Source of the DNA: the human T2T-CHM13v2.0 reference genome, Homo sapiens
Assembly: GCF_009914755.1 (NCBI RefSeq)
Contig: NC_060926.1
Length of the DNA: 64,000 nucleotides
Strand: one strand, 5' to 3'
Made by a program: the position numbers and the translations under genes. The notes beneath the pieces were generated by a model. The model was not told where the DNA came from and did not search any database. It saw only the letters and a list, made by a program, of their open reading frames with translations. Numbering within the stretch: position 1 is the stretch's first letter; each line of letters begins with the position of its first letter. Below are positions 56,361 through 64,000 of the stretch, in pieces.

Positions 56361-57148
56361 TCTTAAGTTAAGTGAGTGGCAGAACATGAATAACTCGGGG
56401 AGGCAAACACAGCAGGAAACCTGGCATGGACGAGTCACCGGAGCCTCCTGGAAAGACCAGAAAAGGGGTCCCTAACAGATGATCACCCAACATAAGCTCC
56501 CAAAACTGCCCTGTTTCAGTTCCAAGTTAGGATTGAGGGCTGTTTACGAGATGCCAGTTCCAAATGTAAGTTAAATGACTATTCAAACACTGGGGGAGAA
56601 CTCGCGCCCTTATTTCAGCTATTCCAAGGAGTGCTGTGTGAGAGGAAATCACCCAACAACCACCAAATTCCATGAGTCTAGAGAATCATGTAAATACGAC
56701 GCTACACAGGTGTTAGGATGTGATAAGTGCCTTATTAGAGATTTGCACAATGCCACAGAGAACATAGGAAGCAATCATTGCTGCTGGCTGCAGATAGTTG
56801 GAAGGAGGTTTTGCCAAACAGACAACATTTCATCTGGAGCTTGAATTTCAAGTAGAATTTGCCAGCTAGGGAAAAGAGCAGGAGCAAAAGTCGGAGGTCA
56901 GAAAGACCTCCTGGAAGGGGAGAAGGATGGGAAGGCACTCAGTGTGGGGGCCAGAGAGCCCCATTGCCAGGCTGAGGAAGATCCGTTTCATTTTGTAGGA
57001 AGGGGAACTCATGGGAAGTTTTGAAGCAGAGGAATGGTGTAGTGAAACTGACAAATAGAAAGATCACTTTGTATGGGTGGAAAAAGGAGATTGGAGAGGT
57101 GGCCAATTGGAGAGATTGGGATTCCGAGTGATTTCTAATTTTCATTTA

Positions 57149-57498
57149 CAGTCACAAGTTGCTTAACTATGGGCATACATTCCATTCTGAGAAATGCATC
57201 ATTAGACAATTTTATTGTGTGAACATCATAGAGTGTACTCACACAAACCTAGGTGGCATAGCCTGGTACACACCTAGGCTATATGGTATCCTATTGCTCC
57301 TAGGCTACAGATCTAGATCTGTATAGCAGGTTATTGCACTGATTATTGTAGGCAATTGTGTCACAATGGTATTTATGTATCTAAACATATCAAAACATAG
57401 AAAAGGTACAGCACAAATATGATACTCTCATCTTATGAGTCCACTATCATACATTTTGGTCTCTCCTGACCAAAATGTTGTTATGTGGCTCTTGACTG
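57149..57498 (+). mobile_element. Tigger3a (MER7A/Golem-type) MITE
   Basis: CAGTCA...TGACTG TIRs with TA TSDs; GAACATCATAGAGTGTACTCACACAAACCTAG. Confidence 0.92.
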
Positions 57499-57874
57499 TA
57501 TTTGTGCTTTTTTTCTACCAGGAATGTGTTCTACTCAGCACTTCCTTTGCAATAATGAAGTACAACTGTGAAGAGAAGGAGCCACACAGGACAGGGACAC
57601 CCTGGAGATGAGAATTAAGAAATGAGAAGAGCAGGGTATACGCCCTCAAGTGGAAGCGCTGGCAAGCAGGAGGGACTGTTTGTCCTCTGAGACAGGAAAG
57701 AAGGGGCTAAGAATTCATGAAACACAAATGTGTGAAGTCAAAGAGAAGTGGGATCATCTCTACCAGAGGTCTCCATTTTCTCAATAATGAAGATATCAAC
57801 ATTGTGGCCTGAGAATGCAGGGTCAGGGCTAAGGGTGGGAATTTGAGAAGTGCCACCAAGGTTTGGAACAAACA

Positions 57875-58070
57875 GCAGCTAATACCCCCAGGGTGTGTGT
57901 TCTTTGTCAGGCACTGTGCATACATACTCATTGAATCCTCACAACACCACCAGGAGATCAATGCTATCATTATCATACCCATTCCACAGAAGAGAAAACT
58001 GAGGCACAGTGCGATTACAGTGACGTAGGTGGTGAGTGGCAAAGCTGTGATTTGAGCCCAAGCAGTCACC
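57875..58070 (-). mobile_element. MIR
   Basis: CTCATTGAATCCTCACAACA, GAAACTGAGGCACAG. Confidence 0.85.
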
Positions 58071-59304
58071 AACCAATGTGAGAATTCAGAGAAGGAATAC
58101 CCCAGGAATGGGTAAAAGATCCTGAAGTAGTATTGAAAGCTCAGCTGAGTTTAAAAGCCATGTGTTTTCTGTGGAGTCCATCAGAAGGCTTGCCCTTGCC
58201 CACACCTACAGAGAGAACCTTAGAAGAAATATCGCATGTTTCTGAAGGGAAGACTAGAAGTCTAAAAGGGCCACCTCAAAATGTTGGTGAGCGTTGCATT
58301 CACAAAGGGCGACCTGGGCTCTGACATCAAGTGGGAAAGCCTCTGTTGGAGGGTGCATGGAGAATGCCAACTATGGGCCAGCAGGCGCCCTGTTGAGCCT
58401 AAGGTCCTGCATCCCCGTAAATCAGGGATGCTGCAGGGGGAAGAGGGCGGCTTCCCAGCCACCGAGTCTTTGCCTCATCCGACTGTGGAACTGGAAGTTC
58501 TTCAAGTATTTGGGGGAAGAGCAGCTGCCAACAAAGCTGAATCAAAGGACCTAAAAATAGTTCAAGAAAACACAAAGACAGAATGTGCAATTCAGATGAT
58601 TTGGGAAACCGAGCCAAACTTAGAAAAACTACAAGATGGGTGGTGAGCGAGGAGACAGCCCTTTGCCTCACTCTCTGGCAATAATTACACCCCTAATTAC
58701 TGTCTATTTGCTTAGCAGAACTCTCTCCCACTGTTTCTTCGTGGTGAAAACTCTCTTGGGTCTTTACTGTACGTCAAAGCATCCAGATCAGGTAAGCAAA
58801 CCTGTCTAGTGGCATGCTCACAGCAAACCAAATCCTAGCACAGAGAGACGGGTCCCTACACCATTCCCTACTATCCATGGGATGGGTCCGCCTTACATGC
58901 AGGTGAAATAATTGTGAAATCTTAAGTGTCTCTAAAACGTGCCCAGCCCCCTGGTCCTTACATATGACATTTTGAGGTGGTCAGGGGAAATCCAGCCGAA
59001 ATTTTGGTCCATTAGGATGCATTTGCCTGCCACATCAGAAAACCCTCCAAAACAGTGACTTCGCCCGTAAGAACATTTTTTAAAGTGTAATTTAGGAAAA
59101 AGTAGTTCCAAGGTCAGTTCAGTAGTTCCACATCATCAGGGCATCAGTCAGTGCAACTGGCAGGGAGGGGTGGCACAGGACCTTCCTCAGTGTCTCCCAA
59201 CAGATTATGTAGAGAGACTCCTTTGCTGCTCAGGCTGATGTCTTGATGCCCTGCTCTTTCCAGAGGAAAGTAATGTGCTTCCCGCAGAGGGCTTCTGTTA
59301 GCCT

Positions 59305-59623
59305 CCCATGCCTTTTCTAGATTCTGAGAGCAACTGCTCTCCTTGGCTCACAGCCCCTTCTTCCATCTTCCAAGTGCCTCACTGCAGCCTCTGCTCCCAT
59401 CATCACATCTCACACCCTCTCCTTCTGATTCTCCTGCCTCGCTCCTATAAGGACCCTGTGGCTACATTAGGTCCACCCAGACCATCCAGGACAATCTCCT
59501 CAACTCAAGATCCTTAAGCTCAGCATATCTGCAAAGTTCCCTTTGCCATGCAGGATAACATAGTCACAGGTTCTGGGCATTAGGATATGGACATCCTTGG
59601 GAGCCATTATCCAGCCAATCACA
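59305..59623 (-). mobile_element. MLT1C-like LTR (partial)
   Basis: TATAAGGACCCTGTGG, ATCTGCAAAGTTCCCTTTGCCATG, TAGGATATGGACATC. Confidence 0.85.
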
Positions 59624-59781
59624 GGCCCTCTTCGCCTATGTTCTCACTGACTCTAAGGAAATAAGTCACTCCCCCTAAAGATTTCTGTCAGGTATTTCTG
59701 GAAAGTTCCAGATGTGTTCTTGAAACATCCCTTTAGGCTACCCTATAACAGTTGCCATTTTCCCTTTAATTTGGTCACTAT

Positions 59782-60247
59782 GGTACCACTGATGGAGCAA
59801 ACCTAAAATTGGGGCTCAGCTTGGGGAGGTTCTTGGCTTCACTTAGGAAGGAAGCGAGAGTAAGCTGACAGCGAAGGAAAGCAAGTTGACTAGGACAACA
59901 GTGTGCAGCAAAAAGGCTGCTCCATAGACAGAGCAGAGCTGTCCCTTAGGCAGAGTGGCACTCATGGATTGAGGGCTGGCTATATTTATACCCACTCTTA
60001 ATTATATGCTAAATAAGGGGAGGATTACTCATGAACTTTCTGGAAATGGGGCCAGGAGTTCTCAGAACCATATACAGTAACTTTCAGGCATTGCCATGGC
60101 ATTTGTAAACTGTCATGGTGCTGGTGGGAGTGTCTTATGCAAATATATTTTAATTTCTAGCCCTAGTTGGTTTGGGCCTGCTTCTTTGCTACATCCTATT
60201 TTGATGAACAGGGTTGTGAAAACTAGTCCTGCTGATGTCCTGCCTCA
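59782..60247 (-). mobile_element. MER66-like ERV1 solo LTR
   Basis: AAACCTAAAATTGGGGCTCAGC, TTGCCATGGCATTTGTAAACTGTCATGG, terminal TCCTGCCTCA; CTAT on both flanks. Confidence 0.8.
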
Positions 60248-60269
60248 CTATGGTGATGCCTCTTGAGAG

Positions 60270-60723
60270 TGTGAATTGATCAGGTGTTCTCCAGAGAAAC
60301 ACTGGTAGATACACATACACAGATGCACATATTGATACATAAGTACATATATAAAAGAGATTTGTTATAAGGAATTGAGTCACAAGATTACGGAGGTTGA
60401 CAAATATAAAATCTACATAGCCTATGTCCAAAGACTGGAATATTCTATAGAACCAGGAACAGCTGATGTCTAAGTTCAAAGGCAGTCAGGCAAAAAAACC
60501 TCTCTTACTTGGGGGAAGGTCAGCCTTTTGTTATATTCAGGCCTTGAACTGATTGTACAAGGCCCACCCATATCAGGGAGAGCAATCTGCTTTACCCAGT
60601 CTACTGATTCAAATGTTCATCTCACCCAAAAACACTCTCACAGACACACCCAGAATCATGTTTGACCAACTATCTGGGTACTCTGTGGCCCAGCCAAGTT
60701 GACACATGAAATTCACTGTCACA
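60270..60723 (-). mobile_element. MLT2 (B/C-type) ERVL solo LTR
   Basis: TTCTCCAGAGAAAC, TATAAGGAATTG, GGCCCAGCCAAGTTGACACATGAAATT. Confidence 0.9.
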
Positions 60724-62139
60724 TAGGGCCAGTGGCAGAGGTGGTGGTTGCACTGCTCAGACCCAGCTGAGCCCCACTGGAGCAGGTGTCACTGAGCACT
60801 GACATGGTTGCTGGTGCCCACTGCAGCCTGCACTGCAGGTGCCCAGAGGCCTAGCACCATCACCCATCACTGCACAGTCAAACACACCCCCTGGAAACAG
60901 GAGGCTGAGGTGGTACAGCCTGAGGTCCCAGTAAGAATGCAGGCACATAGTTTGCATTGTTTGCACCACACCATTTACTGTGGCTGCCTTCCCTGACAGA
61001 GGGCATGCACCACGACCTACCTCACCTTTATCCCCTTCCCCACTCTTCCCCACTCTTTGAAACAAACTGATGCACTTCAACTTTCTCTTCCATTAACACA
61101 AGCTCTCTCCCCACCCCAGCCCCTTATTTTCCACATAAACAGCCCCTGCGGCAGGTACCTCGCGTGTCCTCTTCCCCCATCAGCCTTCCACCTGGTCAGG
61201 CAAGCTTGAACCCTTTGATGAGTTACAATTCAAAATTTAAACCCAAACCAGAACCCAATTTCAGAAGCCTGCTGAAAAATCTCAAAAGTCTTCAAAACAA
61301 AACCAATGAGTCACCAGTGTCCTGAGACTCTGCAAGCAGAGAAGCAGCAAGAAGTTTAGGGGATGTGGGATATGACTGAGGGCCTCAAATTGTATGAGAT
61401 AAGCCCTGTCTATTTCCTGGCTGAAAGTTTTCTTGAGAATAATCCAGTTTCCATGCTGCCACCTTCAGAACCTGTCCTTGGACAGCCTTTCTAGTCCTGA
61501 GCTGCCCTTGAATCCCAAAGATGCTGCAGCCAGGATTCCTCTCCCTTCCCCCTTGATAAAGGGCAAAGCAGTGGAATAAGACGGTGGCTCTCCTCAGCCT
61601 GGCTTGCCAATCAGGCCAGCTGATCTGGACAGATGCAGACTTTCCAAGGCCTTAGGAGAAAGCATACATATTTCATGGGAACCTAATCTAGTTGAGCATG
61701 TGGAGGTTGGGGACAAAAAAACCTAGCAGGTGTTTCCCTCCCTGCTGGGCAGGCAGGACCAGCACTGTGCAGGTGGTGAGCTGGAAACAGAGCTTGAAGG
61801 CCCCAAGAGGGAGCCTGATCTTCTTAGGCCCAGCCCATGGAGGCAAGGGGACTGTAGAGTCATTGATCAGGCTTCAGGTTCAGGGAGCACAAGCTGCTCA
61901 GGGGGTCTTGATAAAAACCCTTTCAGCAGAGTCAGAAAAGGAGGTGACTTTCAGCTGTGTCCCAAGAGGCTCCTGCACAGCAGTACTAGGTCGTAGCTAA
62001 GAGCACACTTTGGAATCAGATAGTCCTGGGTCTTAGTTCCCATTCTGCCCTATCTTAGGAGGAAGAACTGAGCTGGTTAATTTATCTCTGAGTTACAATT
62101 CTTTATCTATAAAGACCTCTGTTATATGCTATTATGAAG

Positions 62140-62520
62140 TCAATGACAGCATCATTAACAGCTCTGCTGTGTCTGGCTTCTATCTTTCTATTCTGTCTTC
62201 CCAGTATGTGGCTTCAATTTTCAAGGTCACCTAATGGTCCAAGATGCCCTTCAAGCTTCCAAATTCCAGGCTAGAAGGAGGAGAAAAGTCAAAATGGCAA
62301 AACAAGGAGGCTTCTCTCAGATTAGTCAGCTCCTTCTAAGCAGCCTTCCCTGCCCACACAGTACACACTCTGCTTCTCTTTCACACATGGCCACACCAGG
62401 CTGGGTGAGTGTCTGGGAAATCATCCTGTAGGTGCTTTTATTAAACTGAGTTCATGCTCACCCCTTCTAAATTAATTTGGGCATCTGTTACTAAGGAAGA
62501 GAGAAAAATGAAGTCTGCTT
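62140..62520 (-). mobile_element. Old MLT1J-like LTR fragment, preceded by a MIR fragment (61995-62130)
   Basis: TCAAGGTCACCTAATGGTCCAAGATG, TCACACATGGCCACACC, CTGTTACTAAGGAAGA. Confidence 0.7.
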
Positions 62521-62609
62521 CAAGAGCCTCTATCCTCCCAAGTCCCCTTCTAGGGCTTTCCCCATCACAGGCATCTCTTCTCTCAATGAGGACCACAGGC
62601 AGGCATCCC

Positions 62610-62765
62610 TAGGGCAGGACTTTGGCTAGGGCACAAAATGTAAGGAGGGGCTCACACTCAGTTTCCTGCAACTGCTGGCCCTGCCCTTGCGTAAAGCTGA
62701 GCTTGAGTGCCTCCTTACATTTTGCATCCCAGGCACCTTGCTTATCTCATCCTAGTCCATTCTTG
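62610..62765. mobile_element. MER96-like palindromic hAT MITE
   Basis: Perfect 15-bp inverted arms CAAAATGTAAGGAGG (62634-62648) and CCTCCTTACATTTTG (62710-62724) with further imperfect pairing. Confidence 0.8.
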
Positions 62766-64000
62766 CCTTAGCGTTGCAAAACACTAACCCCTCTGTCCCC
62801 TTTACCACATTGTGCAGGGCAATTTCTTCCCATGACATCTGGTTTTCCAAAATGGGGAAACCTCCTATGTGAGCGTCGAAATTTAGATCAGTTTGGGATT
62901 CACCAATGCCCTCAGACCTCTGCATTGTCTGGGGTCTGAAGACCCTGCAGAACACATAGGCTGCACCCTCACAGCCACAGGACCCTGCCCCTCTGAGAGC
63001 AGGCAAACAGGTCTGGATGGCCAGTCTGGAGGCCACTTTACTGGGAAGGGCAAAGCCAGTCAGCCTTGTGGCACAACTTCTCATTGCTTTGGGTTTCACA
63101 ACTCCTGCGGCAGAAGAAAGAAAGGGCTGCAGCTGGCACTGTTCCCCTAGCCCCCACCCCTGCCTGAGTTCTTCCAGGAACACACCAACCGTGCTAACAC
63201 TTGAGTTTCACAAACCAGCTGGCCTGAAACAAGATTGGATACATGTGGGTTTCATACACAACGGGTTAATTTCTAGTCCAATTATAATAATGGTAATAAT
63301 TGGCCACACTCGGGGGAGCTGGCAATTACCACTATTTTTAACCTGCATCACTAAGGCAAATGGTTTTATGTTTAGCTGGTTCTCAGAGGGCTGAGTTTTC
63401 TCCAGCTGGGAAAACTATAGCAGAGTCACTGCCCATCCCTGTTTCCTTTGAGGTTCTTCTTCCAACATGGTATCACCTGCAAGTCCCAGGCTCATGGGAC
63501 CACCAGCCCGTTCCTCCCTTTATGCCCTCCCTTCCCAACTAGGTTCTCCAAATCAGCAGAGATTCGATTCATCACATCCCCATGTGTGGATACCCAGTGG
63601 CTCTTGAACCCTGATCGCCTATCTTACCCCACCATTCCCAAAGGAAATGTGTATTTCTAGTTTTATTTTGACAATTCTCTCTGAACCCAGGGTGGGCCTC
63701 CTGGCTCTGGGTGGTATCATCATGGGCTTGGCCTGTCTCGCAGCCTCTGCAGAGAGAGGTGCTGTTGGTGGGACACAAGGAGGGCTGTACCTACTGGGAA
63801 GCAGGAGGGAGGGGACAAGGCAAAGAAACACTCCCCACCTCTCATCTCTTGCCCCATGGAGAGATTCCTGGCAAATAACCTGGAAAGAGTCAAGAGCAGA
63901 CAAAAGCTCTGGGGAAGCATGACCCCTGCTTTGCACTGTTTCTTTCTGTGGCACCCACTCATGCCGGTCTTCTCTCTCCCCATCTATATGGTAAGCCCAT

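Noticed and set aside
58281-58646. 121-aa ORF ending near G|GTGAGC
   Set aside because: Non-ATG start, no recognisable domain, no clear upstream acceptor; retained only as a possible enhancer region.
62752-63983. Overlapping 85-143 aa ORFs on both strands
   Set aside because: Expected by chance in GC-richer sequence; no recognised homology or consistent splice pattern.

Overview
Primate (most likely human) euchromatic DNA, judged from Alu J/S/Y and L1PA elements, and mostly made of transposable-element relics. These include a young L1PA2/3-type 3' half at the left edge with a frameshifted ORF2, older L1M fragments, eight Alus, MIR/L2, Tigger/Charlie DNA transposons, more than a dozen solo LTRs (several with intact TSDs), and a decayed 4-kb ERVL provirus with its 3' LTR. 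I recognised no known gene, RNA gene or CRISPR array, and most listed ORFs are repeat-derived or chance. The best non-repeat signal is a minus-strand chain of candidate exons whose phases join in frame: a first exon at about 30.2-30.5 kb, a 10-nt microexon at 23.2 kb and tiny exons at 5.9-6.0 kb. This suggests the 5' end of a gene that continues left of the window. Other notable items are a possible Penelope-like GIY-YIG relic (about 10.8-11.6 kb), a perfect 92-bp duplication, a MIR-derived VNTR, fold-back repair scars and a possible recursive splice site. Repeat subfamily names come from recalled consensus sequences and need RepeatMasker/Dfam confirmation. The sequence alone does not establish a new biological system.
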